64,000 bases of DNA, taken from positions 648,586 through 712,585 of the forward strand of contig JAAOMT010000718.1 in NCBI GenBank assembly GCA_016748015.1, read 5' to 3'. Position numbers and translations under genes: made by a program. The stretch is from Geosiphon pyriformis uo1 (lineage: Eukaryota > Fungi > Glomeromycota). Below, one piece after another: positions 13,162 to 23,387 of the stretch. Below the pieces are notes generated by a model. It ran no database searches. It was not told the origin of the DNA and saw only the letters and a list, made by a program, of their open reading frames with translations. The stretch's first letter is position 1, and every line of letters starts with the position of its first letter.

Positions 13162-15860
13162 CCGCTTTGTTGGTTTTATATTTTATGCCAAAGCTTCTGC
13201 TCTTTTGAGCTCATCTGGATTTCCACTTCTGTCACTTTTTGTCTTTTCTTTGGTTGTTGTTAGTAATTCCATGATGCTATTCTGATTGTTTTCTTTGAAG
13301 TCTGATTTAACTAAGCTTTCTGCTTTGGTTGAGTCTATTGTTAAGCCAGTTGGTTCTTTGGTTAAATTGTTTGAACAATTTATTAATAGTGATCTGGTCT
13401 CAAGCAGCAAACTTGGTCTTAAAATCAATGAAGTTATGATGTATTTGGGTTTCTTTAGTAAAATTGTTGGTAAGTTGGAGAGAGAAGTGGTTTCTTTGAA
13501 GAACGAGTATTACATGAAAGATATAAACATGTTTGGTGATTTAGAGCACCCAGTTGATTTGGATAATGAAGTGTTCTCTAATTTGATGTCCCTTTGGGAA
13601 CATGAATCTGTTGATGTTAAATCTGATGGCTTGAAGACAACTGAATGGCTGGTTGAATTGGTTCTTTGTAGTGTTACCTTGTTTTCTGTTGTTCAAAAGA
13701 TGTCAGCTTTGGGTAAGTTTTCTTCAAGAGCTTCAACATAGTATAGTTTAAACTGGCTTGAGTAGCTGGTTACATATAGAAAGCGCATAAACCACATTTA
13801 ATTTAAGATCCTGCATAATCATATTGTATTAGATAGTGGTTGGGTCTTGTTCATTAAACTTAATATATAATTAAATATAATAATCATATTATAAAATTAT
13901 TTAAACTATATAACATTTAAAAAATTGTCAAAATATTTAAAAATTTGCTAAAATATTTAATAATTTATTAAAATAAGGTGTAGCTTATTAAATATATATT
14001 TAGTTTATTAAAATAATAACCAAAAAAATGTTAAAACTCAAAATAATATTATAATAAAATATATAAAAAATAATTTTTTAAAAAAAAATATATTTAAAAA
14101 TATTAATTACAAATTAACAAAATAAATTTTTATTTTTAAAAACCCAAAACCTTTTTTATAATTTTATTATTTTGAAATTTATAATTAATAAAAATATTTT
14201 TTTTACTTTTATATATTATTAAGAAGTTTATAATCAAAACTTTTTGTTAAAATTTGATTTTTATTACATATTATTAAATTTATAATTAAAAATTATTATA
14301 AAAAAATTAACTTTTATTATAAAGTAATTAATTAAGTAATTAATATAAAATTAGTTATTTTATTATAAGTTTAATAATATAAACAATCTAAAGTATAAAA
14401 GATAATTTAAAAATAAATTAACTTATTAATAATAAAACATAATTTAATATTAATAATATTAAAAAAAATAACAAAAATTTTAATAATAATATTTTTATTT
14501 GCTGTTATTATTTTGTAAAATATATTTAAAAAATATTTTTGTTGTTAATATTAAAAATGCTTTTAATGTTTTTGGTAATATTTTTTAAATTATATTAAAG
14601 CTTATTAATATTTATTTTAAGTTTTTGATATAATTATAACTATTTTTGCTTATTAATTAATTTTAATAATAAAAAATTATTGTCTTTAAAATTAATCAAT
14701 TGAATTTTAAGTTTATAATTATATTTATTTTATTTTTTAATTTTTTAATTTTTTTTAATAATTAAAGTATACTATTATTATTTTTGGTTTTTAAAAAACT
14801 TAAATATTATAATTGTTAAAATTAATACTTTAAAAAAAATTATATTTGATAAAAAATATTTAATTATTAACAATATTTTAAATATTAAAATTTTGATTAT
14901 ATAGTTTTTATTCAAATTTGTAATTAGTTTTAAAGTTTTTAAATTTTATTTTGTTAATAAAAAATTTTATGTTGAAACTGTTATTTTTTTAGTTTTTTTT
15001 ATGATTAATATTGTTGTTAATTTTATAATTAATTTTAAATTAATATTTTTAGAAAAATTGTTGAAAATTTAAGTAAAAATATTATTAATCTTAAAATAAA
15101 TAGTTTTTTTAATAATAATTTCAAGTTTTTATTAATAAAAATATTTTTGTTAAAATAATAGAATTTTAAAAGTTACAAATTTTTAATATTAAATTTAATA
15201 CCAATAAAATTGTTATATAATTAACTAATTTATTTTTAATAGTAATAATTTAATTGTAATTATATATAAAATAATAGGTTTAAATATGTTTATTTTTTGT
15301 AAATTAATGTAATTTAGTTTAATTTGAATTTGAATTTAATTATATTTAAAAAATACATAAATCATGTTTAATATAAAATATTTTATGATTATATAATATT
15401 AAATAATAATTAGATTATATATTAAACTAAAAATTATTGTATTATTTTTAATTTTTATTAAAAAAATGTTTTTTTTGTTTATTGTTATCAAAGTATAAAT
15501 TATTAATATTTACAAAATAATCAAATTTTTTGTTTTTAAAAATATTTGATATATAATTATTTTTATTTAAATATATTTGTATTTGAATTTAGATTTTATT
15601 AAAAATTATATACATAATTAAATTTAAAGTTTTTATATAATTTATATATTATTGTTGGTTTTATATAATTATACAAATTTTATAATATATTTATTTAATT
15701 TTAATTTATTATATTGTTAACATAAAAATTAAATATTATGCATATAATTGTAATTAAAAACAGCATTATAAATAAAATGAATTAAAAAATATTAAAATTA
15801 AATTTTATAACTTTATATAATTATTTAAAGTTTTTTAAGTTATTTTAAATTGTTTCTTGA

Positions 15861-15936
15861 CCAATCAGCGATTAATAAAACTATATGTATTTTAGAAAAC
15901 TTTTTTCAAGATCGGCACCAAAATTTTTTTACGCGT
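15861..15936 (+). promoter_or_regulatory. Putative promoter elements of the helicase gene (CCAAT 15861, MluI/MCB ACGCGT 15931)
   Basis: Motifs lie 60-130 bp upstream of the ATG, where the AT-rich block ends. Confidence 0.35.
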
Positions 15937-15993
15937 CATTCGAATTTACAATAAGATCAAAGAAGGATATTTTAAATTCCCTTTTATACTAGG

Positions 15994-18207
15994 ATGCCCT
16001 TTCTCATTCATTTTCATTTAAATTATCTTCCGTTCCTTAATTCAACTTATAAACCTTGTAAGAGTGGAATTTATCACTTCACATGGAGACTTATATGTCA
16101 AAAAGAACCAATCAAACACGGCGCTAGCCGCACTGTTTGGACTACACCGTTTGCTTTAGCCCCAGGACAACGACATGTGGCCAGAACCAGCCGTACTAGC
16201 CGAGCAGAATCTTCACATAATCGCACACTAATTCATGGTAAAAAAAGGGTAGGAAAACAATCGGCAACATCTTCAAGATGGGGAAGTGGCTCCAGCACTA
16301 GAGGAAGGCCTGAAACCCACAATCGAAAGGACGAGCGTTTAAGAATTTCTTCTGAACGTAGGCAGACATCCCATTTAGAGAACGGGAAGCCGACCAAAAT
16401 TATTGAATCTTGGAAAAAAAAAAGAGTGATTGAACCGATAGGCATTTCTTCTGAGATGAAAAATAATTATATTTCAAGTGATAAAGGTGAAATTGGAAAT
16501 TCCAGGAAAAATATAAATAAATCTTTTGACGCTCAACTTAATAATGGGCGAACCTATGCATATGAAAAGAATGCCCATGTTCAAAGATCAAAAAATCCCT
16601 CGTTTGCAGGTAAAGATGAGTCAGCAAAAAATAAATATGAGAAAGAATTCCCCATTCCTCCTAAAATTTATGAAAAAATCAAAAACAAGATCCCAATTTC
16701 TGTTAGACCCACACAGCTCCCCAAACTGGCACGATTTTTCTCTAAGAGAAAACCCACACCCGTGTCCAAAAAGACTCGTGGTTTTATTCCCGCAAAGTTC
16801 AAGCTATTGCCCATTAAAAGCGATCTTAGACAAACAAATCTTCGCCTCAAAGGCTCATACCAGTTAAGCGATATGGATGAAAGTCCACTTACAAAACTCA
16901 AAAATCGAGATATTGAGGAGATGACTATTCGTACCAATATATCCTCTTTTGAAGGGATGGGTTTGCTTCCAGAAGTCTTAGAGGCCGTAAAAAAAATTGT
17001 ATTGAAAAATATTAAGGATCCGAAACCAACCGAGATTCAAGCGTTGGCAATTCCAGAGATTATAAAAACTGATGAAAAGGATTTTCTGTGCGCTGCTGAA
17101 ACAGGCTCCGGTAAAACATTAGCTTATTTATTGCCAATTATTAATAAATTAAAAGTCCAAGAGAAATCTGAGATCAAAGAGAAATCAGTCCATGATGAAA
17201 CCCCTGCTTCAGAAAACTTCGAAATTCTTCCAGATTTTGAAACACCAACGTCCAGTAGAAAAGTGCAACCTGTCCGCCGATTGAATAGGCCACGTGCTAT
17301 CGTTCTCTTACCATCACGAGAATTAGTTGACCAAGTTCATTTCATTATGAAGCAGCTATCTGTTAAAGCAATACTTCGTACAATAAGACTTACGTCGCAC
17401 ATGTATAGAAACAATGTAAGACGCGAATTGGACCACCCTCCCGACATGGTTGTAGCGACACCTGCAGGTATCCTCGAATATACCAAAAATGGGATTTTAT
17501 CTTTTGCCGATACCCGTTACGTTGTCGTTGATGAAGCAGATACAATGTTCGAACCTGGATTTGAGGAAGATGTTAAAGAAGTTATTACAAATGTCAAAAA
17601 TTCCTGTAGAAATCAGAACCGTCAATGCCAAGTAATCGCTGTTTGTGCTACCTTACCCAAAACAATAAATCAAGCAATTAGCCAAGAATTTCCAAATATG
17701 ATAAAAATCTCCACATCATCCCTTCACAAAACCCTTCCAAAGTTGAGACAGACCTTTGTTGACATGCATCAGTTTAATTCTAACAAGCATTTAGCCCTTT
17801 TGGACCTCCTGAAAAATAATCGTGAACAATGCATAATGGTGTTTTGTAATACGCGCAAATCTGCCATGAATTTGGAAGCGTTTCTCCTCACTAGAAAAAT
17901 TCCTGTCATCGGATTGTATAAAGATGTTGAAGGACGCGAAGAAAAATTGAAGATGTTCCGTTCCTCTGATCCGGACGCAAGAATTTTAATTTGTACCGAT
18001 ATTGCATCTCGGGGAATTGATACCACTTTTGTCCAACATGTAGTACTCTACGAATTTCCCACAACAGTGGTTGATTATTTACATCGTATTGGACGTACAG
18101 CGCGAGCAGGAAAATCTGGGCAAGTCACTTGCTTCATCACAAGAAAAGATCGGACTTTGGCGGACCGAATTAAAAGAAATGTTAGAGATAATAAAGTATT
18201 AAGTTAG
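15994..18207 (+). CDS. MRH4: DEAD-box RNA helicase, probably mitochondrial MRH4/DDX28-like; intronless
   Basis: Q motif PTEIQALAIP, AETGSGKT, PSREL, DEAD, CAT (motif III variant), TDIASRGID, HRIGRTARAG; long basic N-terminal extension. Confidence 0.8.
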   Translation: MPFLIHFHLNYLPFLNSTYKPCKSGIYHFTWRLICQKEPIKHGASRTVWTTPFALAPGQRHVARTSRTSRAESSHNRTLIHGKKRVGKQSATSSRWGSGSSTRGRPETHNRKDERLRISSERRQTSHLENGKPTKIIESWKKKRVIEPIGISSEMKNNYISSDKGEIGNSRKNINKSFDAQLNNGRTYAYEKNAHVQRSKNPSFAGKDESAKNKYEKEFPIPPKIYEKIKNKIPISVRPTQLPKLARFFSKRKPTPVSKKTRGFIPAKFKLLPIKSDLRQTNLRLKGSYQLSDMDESPLTKLKNRDIEEMTIRTNISSFEGMGLLPEVLEAVKKIVLKNIKDPKPTEIQALAIPEIIKTDEKDFLCAAETGSGKTLAYLLPIINKLKVQEKSEIKEKSVHDETPASENFEILPDFETPTSSRKVQPVRRLNRPRAIVLLPSRELVDQVHFIMKQLSVKAILRTIRLTSHMYRNNVRRELDHPPDMVVATPAGILEYTKNGILSFADTRYVVVDEADTMFEPGFEEDVKEVITNVKNSCRNQNRQCQVIAVCATLPKTINQAISQEFPNMIKISTSSLHKTLPKLRQTFVDMHQFNSNKHLALLDLLKNNREQCIMVFCNTRKSAMNLEAFLLTRKIPVIGLYKDVEGREEKLKMFRSSDPDARILICTDIASRGIDTTFVQHVVLYEFPTTVVDYLHRIGRTARAGKSGQVTCFITRKDRTLADRIKRNVRDNKVLS

Positions 18208-18532
18208 TTAATGTAATCATCTATATTATCGCTTAGTGGTAGAGGGGATTCTTAATATCGTGCTGTGGAATAAAATGTAATAGACTTGGAACAAGCACGA
18301 ACACATTATCATAAAAATAATATATTATTTGGGATGTTGAAATGGGTCAAAATGCTTGAACGTTGTATATACATAAAAAATTTTCTGGCTTTATTTACAA
18401 ATCGACGGGTTGCCCAATCCTATTATTTTCCTTTTGTTTAACGACCACCCAATTATATAAAAAGTAAGTATATAATCCAGCATTATATTCTTAACTCTAT
18501 TCTACTTGCGCCCTTTTTTATGCAACGTAGTC

Positions 18533-20218
18533 TCAAGCGTCCTCAAACTTCACAGAGAATGCAATAACAGTGCAATCATCGTAACGTCCTTGATCTTTAG
18601 CAAATATCCTCATAGGATCTTCTAACCGATCGCACAAAGACACAGCAAGCTCCCTCAGTGTATCAGGTGATGTTGTCAAGTTTTCGACGAGCATAGAAGA
18701 TGAAGCAGATTGATGTATGAGAGCGCGCGGAGTCGAAGTACAATTTTCTTCTTCTGAATCTGAGGCTGAGGAAACAGAGGATGAGGTGCCAGATGTACCA
18801 GAGGGAGATGTTGTTAGTTGATAATCCATCTCTTGGTACATGAGGTCCCCCAAATATTTTGCCACTTTTCGCAAAAACTCTGGCATTTTGACCATCAAAT
18901 GATCCCATAGACCATCAGGTGCCATGATTCCTAAGTATTCTACCCCCGATTCTAAAATTACGAATTCAACATCTGGTTCACATGGAAACAGTGGTGGATC
19001 GAGCTTGAAATAAAGATCACCCATTGTATCACCAATATTTACTGATTGGTCTTCAGGTAATCCGTAAGAATTTGTATATCCAGGCGGGCGAGCAACGCGG
19101 GCTCTTTGCAAACTGGGATATGTTTTTCCCGATGAAAAAGATGTTGATGTTAATGAGTGTGAGTAGTTAGGTGAGGGTTGAAGCACTTTTGTCTTGATTA
19201 ATTTTTCATTTTCTTCCCGACGGAAAACACCCCCATTTTTATATATATGGTAAGCTTTCTGCGGATGCCCTGGTGATTGATCTGTTGATTGATAAATCAA
19301 ATCTAATTTTATTTTTGTGTTTTTAGAAATATGTGTTTGCTGAGTTTTGCATAATATAGTTTTTGAATCTCCAATGTTCGAAACAATAGCAACTCCATCG
19401 AACAAGACAACTATTATTAAAGTAGAGCCTTCATCTGCCAATGTTGGTTCTGGCTGTCCTATTGCCACCCACTCCGAGAATTTTCGTTTTTGAGAAGCTA
19501 AAAATTCATGATCAAGTGCCTTCAACATATCACGAATCTTGTTACGAAATAAATGCTGATCTTTAAAATCTCGAAAATCCCAGCTTGGTTCCGAATTCAA
19601 AACCTCCCGGACGTTGTCTGGAACTATATGACAAAAGTGTTCGGCCGCTTTTGCACCACCATGACCATCCGCCAGGACAAATATATTATACTGTGTTTGT
19701 GAAGGCAAATGAATTTGTTCGTTAACAGAACGTGGTACATTAAACGCATCTTCAATGACCGGATGAGTAGATTTTGCGGCTCTTTTACTACGACGACCGA
19801 GAGTTTCCCACCCTTGCTGTTGTGTAACGGCATAATTAATCAAAGCCGGACCAATTCGCTTTTTTTTCTGCTGATGATTATGGTGGTGGAGGTGATGATT
19901 ATGGTTATGATGAAGGTGCTGGTGTTGTTGCTGCTTAATCCAATAACATGAATTTTCAAAAGTAGCTATATCGCTGTCAGAAGATATTGTCTCCGCATAC
20001 AAATCACTGCCCCAATCAGCACTTGTTGGCGTTGCTTCGCTATCCTGCGAGGCGGCCTCCACAACTGATTCCTCTGGTATGGTTACTCGGAGATTCGGTG
20101 AAATAGGTGGTTTAGATTCGGACGAGATTTCTAATGAGTCAACTTCCATGTCATTAATGCCAATTTCACGGTTCGTTATTGTTTGACCGCTATTTTGTTG
20201 AAGGTCAGCCAGATTCAT
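18533..20218 (-). CDS. Divergent PP2C/PPM-family phosphatase (possible upstream exon at ~20394-20557)
   Basis: IEDAF, FVLADGHGG, GSTL, SNIGDS, APDGLWD and DDCTVI motifs; His/Gln-rich N-terminal region. Confidence 0.82.
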   Translation of the reverse strand: MNLADLQQNSGQTITNREIGINDMEVDSLEISSESKPPISPNLRVTIPEESVVEAASQDSEATPTSADWGSDLYAETISSDSDIATFENSCYWIKQQQHQHLHHNHNHHLHHHNHQQKKKRIGPALINYAVTQQQGWETLGRRSKRAAKSTHPVIEDAFNVPRSVNEQIHLPSQTQYNIFVLADGHGGAKAAEHFCHIVPDNVREVLNSEPSWDFRDFKDQHLFRNKIRDMLKALDHEFLASQKRKFSEWVAIGQPEPTLADEGSTLIIVVLFDGVAIVSNIGDSKTILCKTQQTHISKNTKIKLDLIYQSTDQSPGHPQKAYHIYKNGGVFRREENEKLIKTKVLQPSPNYSHSLTSTSFSSGKTYPSLQRARVARPPGYTNSYGLPEDQSVNIGDTMGDLYFKLDPPLFPCEPDVEFVILESGVEYLGIMAPDGLWDHLMVKMPEFLRKVAKYLGDLMYQEMDYQLTTSPSGTSGTSSSVSSASDSEEENCTSTPRALIHQSASSSMLVENLTTSPDTLRELAVSLCDRLEDPMRIFAKDQGRYDDCTVIAFSVKFEDA

Positions 20219-20856
20219 CAGGATAAGCTGCTGCGGATTTTCTGCGGAACTTGCAAGCGTGCAGTAAAAGGGTCTTTTAGGAAAAATGCACTTATGATAT
20301 CTTATTGTGGTCTCAATAAAAGACTGCTTAAAGGGAGCAAGTTACGAATAGAATGAGATTTGCAAAGAAAAAAGCTCTGCAAGTTTTAAATACCTTTCAG
20401 ACGAATTTGCCAAAGGGAGAGAATCAGAGTCGTCCGTGTCAGAATCAATTACTATTATTTCCGCGGCGGGGTTTAGAAAGCCATTGCTTCGCACTCGCTT
20501 TCTTTGAAGCCTTAAAGACCTTCGAGGAGCTTGTGGAAAATTTCTGTTTCTGGGCATGATTGCAGACACTTGAAATATCCGATAAATTTTTGAATGATAC
20601 TTCTTGACACAGAATAAAGGTCAAACTTCTTAGAATCACATTATAGTGTAAGTGTAGATTTTATGTTTGTTAGAAAATACATTTTGTCCAATCAAAATTT
20701 CGCGCGCTGATTTATGAGTCACTGGTATGGTATTCGTGATTTTGGTTGTAACCACCGGGATTTTATAGTATTAGGTCTGCAAGCTTTTAGAGTAAAATAT
20801 AATCGATAATGATCACTGGAGTAATTAATACAAAATTCTAACTAATTTAGCATTTG

Positions 20857-23126
20857 TCATTTCACTTCCTCAGCACTAATCTCATCGAGGATTTTCAACA
20901 ATGTTTCTGGTTTCTTGTATCCCAAATGGCCACTAGTGAATTTGGTCACATCTACATTTTCAACTCGGGGAAAATTTACAGCTTTGAGTCCAGCAACATT
21001 TAAATCCAAAGAATGCATTCGATAAACTATTGCAAGTATTAAATCGTTTGTAGCATACGCATTTATGATCCGACGGGAAACAACCGTGGATGCAAACTTC
21101 CATTGATCTGTAGAACCTGCTGAAATAGGTGCTCCAATTAAGATGACTGAAACCAAGATATAACAAAATCAAATAATTTAGGTTGATGAAGTAAATTTGT
21201 AAGAGGAAAATTGTCTGAGGTTTATTTGATATGATAACTCTTACCAGTATCAAGCAATCCATATTCTTCCCGCCTTGCGAGCTCTTGCATACATTCCCAA
21301 ATCACCAACGCACCCATTGAGTAACCAATCTGATAAAAAAATTTGAAAATTCAGATTAAAAAAGAAAATTTAATTCAGAAAATTTCTAAATTAACCTACC
21401 AACACCGTTGGTCTCTTGCCTTGGACACGTTCTATCAATACGTCGGCTAATACCAATCCTGCTTTGACAGCACGATCAGCACTTAGAGCCCAGGGGTTGT
21501 CGATTAGATCACCTGCTTTCATTAGAGTCGCCGGCAAGAAAAGTGCACTTGTCAATAAACCAAAGACTGTGCGTTTGATAACTTCATCAGCGGCCATTTG
21601 AACCGCCTTTTCTGCGAGAAATCTTCGAAAAGCTTTTCCTAATGATAAAAGTATTTCCGGGTCAAAACTCAAAGCAAACGTATCGTGATATATGTTTGTA
21701 TTTTGAAAACTGGGAAGCCATGGTGTAGTCACTTCATTAGAACTCTCAAGAAGATAACCCGAAATAACTATATTAAGCTATATAGTGATATAACATCAAC
21801 GGTTTATAAGAACATAAAACGATGTAGAACAATCAAAGTAAAATATTAAATTGAAAAATGCATACGTAAAGAGAGGGAACTGGGGTCAAGTCTTGAATTG
21901 GATGAATATGAGTAAATGAAAATTCTTTCAAGCTATTTGTCCGTTTACGCATTTTATATCCTAAAATAACAAAAAACATACCTTTGAGAACCATGTATTT
22001 CATAATAACAAACAATTTTACGAGTTAATAAAAGAAATCTAAATACCAGTAAGACCTCCCCCGGCAACCCCAAACAAACTAGTGATCAACACGAGACTAG
22101 AAGCGGTGAAGAAAAAACCACCAGTTATCGTCCCTAAGGCGATCGCGACAAATGGAGCAGCTTTACCGAAAAAAAGTTCGCTATTATCTTTCTATAAATC
22201 CTGAATTAAACAAAAAGAACATCCAAAAGTTGAGAACTCCTCACCTAATCCCCCAGTGATGCCAATTGCTGTCGCACCTACAACAACACCAATACTTGTA
22301 GCCAACCATCGCCATCTCTGTTTGCGCTTATCATGCTTATCTAGAGTTTCATTTGCAATATCCTGCAATTTACCATGGACTTCATTGCTACCCTCCTGAG
22401 CTTCATGCTCTTGTTGAAACAAATATAGTTGGTGTGCCATGGCATTTTCAAACATTAATACCTTTTCTTGCGAAAAGCTAAGATAGGAAGCAACCCTAAA
22501 TAAAATTGCTCTAGCTCTTGAATCGTACTCGGCTGGTTTTATTTGAGGCGGCTGCGAAGATTCAGTGGATGTTGAGGAATTACTACTAATTTCTACGACA
22601 TTTGAAACCACTTTCTCCAATCTATCTTTCAGATTCATTCGTCCCGGGGAAGATGAATTTTCAACATAAGGTTTCTCAAGAATTTTGGGTGAAAGACCAA
22701 TACACACTAAGAGTAAATCTGACATTATTTCAGAACAAATGTCTTTTTTCTCGTTATTTTCGACATTTTGGGGGACTTTGAAAGAATCGCATAAAGTTTT
22801 TATAACTTCCTGATCATTATTTCCTTTAAGCATTCTGAGAATTGAGTCTTTTTCTAGAAGCATAGACGCAAAGAACTGAGCCTTAGTGCTATGCAAACTG
22901 ACTTGAAAAATGTCCCTTTCAAATAATTACCTCTTGGGTTTTGAATGCTCAAATGCTCAAAAATGGCTGACATGAACGTCTGTCGGAATATTTTTTCTTT
23001 CTCATTTTTAGACCATGATATTGTGTTGACAACATGAGAGCAAAGTGCTGCAACGTTAAAGCGTTGTTCGATTGACCAAGAATCACTAAAACATGGAATT
23101 GCAAGTTCTTCTCGGAGTTTAGGCAT
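20857..23126 (-). CDS. DUF726/TMCO4 (Mil1-like) alpha/beta-hydrolase membrane protein, multi-exon
   Basis: YDSRAR, Gly-rich TM segment (GATAIGITGGL), IDNPW, RPTVLVG-YSMGA, LIGAP, VENVDVT...SGHLGY. Confidence 0.88.
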
Positions 23127-23387
23127 GCTTGTTGCTCACCTACACCCTTTTTTTAGTGTACTATCTATCTATTACTAAATCGGGCTACATCTGAAAATGT
23201 GTGTTATTAGGCGAACACATTGTCTAGGCCATTATCCCCCTAGATTCATTCCCACGTTGCCACTTTCTATCAGACTACTTTGAATTACCTCCCAAGATCT
23301 TTGTTCGCGAGACACTCTTAATTGCGCCTAATCTTTTGAAATTTACCTAGTCTATTTGAGAATTCTTTCCTGAGGCTTAGAATTTAG

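Larger units (their letters stand above)
10747..13864 (+). mobile_element. ORF1-only non-autonomous non-LTR retroelement (HAL1-like), copy F
   Basis: A single gag-like frame runs 10768-13741 once the 12319-13165 insert is removed. It has an RRM-like region and a degenerate knuckle CFKYQELGYLTADY, and is followed directly by a LINE-type 3' tail. Possible degenerate TSD ATATAAACAAAT/ATATAATTAAAT. Confidence 0.82.
10621..14488 (+). mobile_element. Solo LTR family 1, copy D: pieces 10621-~10746 and ~13865-14488, split by the ORF1-only element
   Basis: 10621 TGTTATTATT... matches the LTR start. 13880-14100 and 14290-14488 match the LTR middle and end (ATTAATAATATTAAAAAAAATAACAAAAATTTTAATAATA vs ATTAACAACATTCAAGAAAAGAGACCAAAAACCTCCGGTAACA). 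Confidence 0.75.
10300..15430 (+). mobile_element. Old hypermutated ORF1-only element (copy E): pieces ~10300-10620 and ~14489-15430, split by LTR copy D
   Basis: 10360-10620 aligns to 11380-11729. 14490-14900 continues the alignment at 11730-12250. 15320-15430 matches the 3' tail at 13752-13864, mostly through transitions. Confidence 0.72.
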
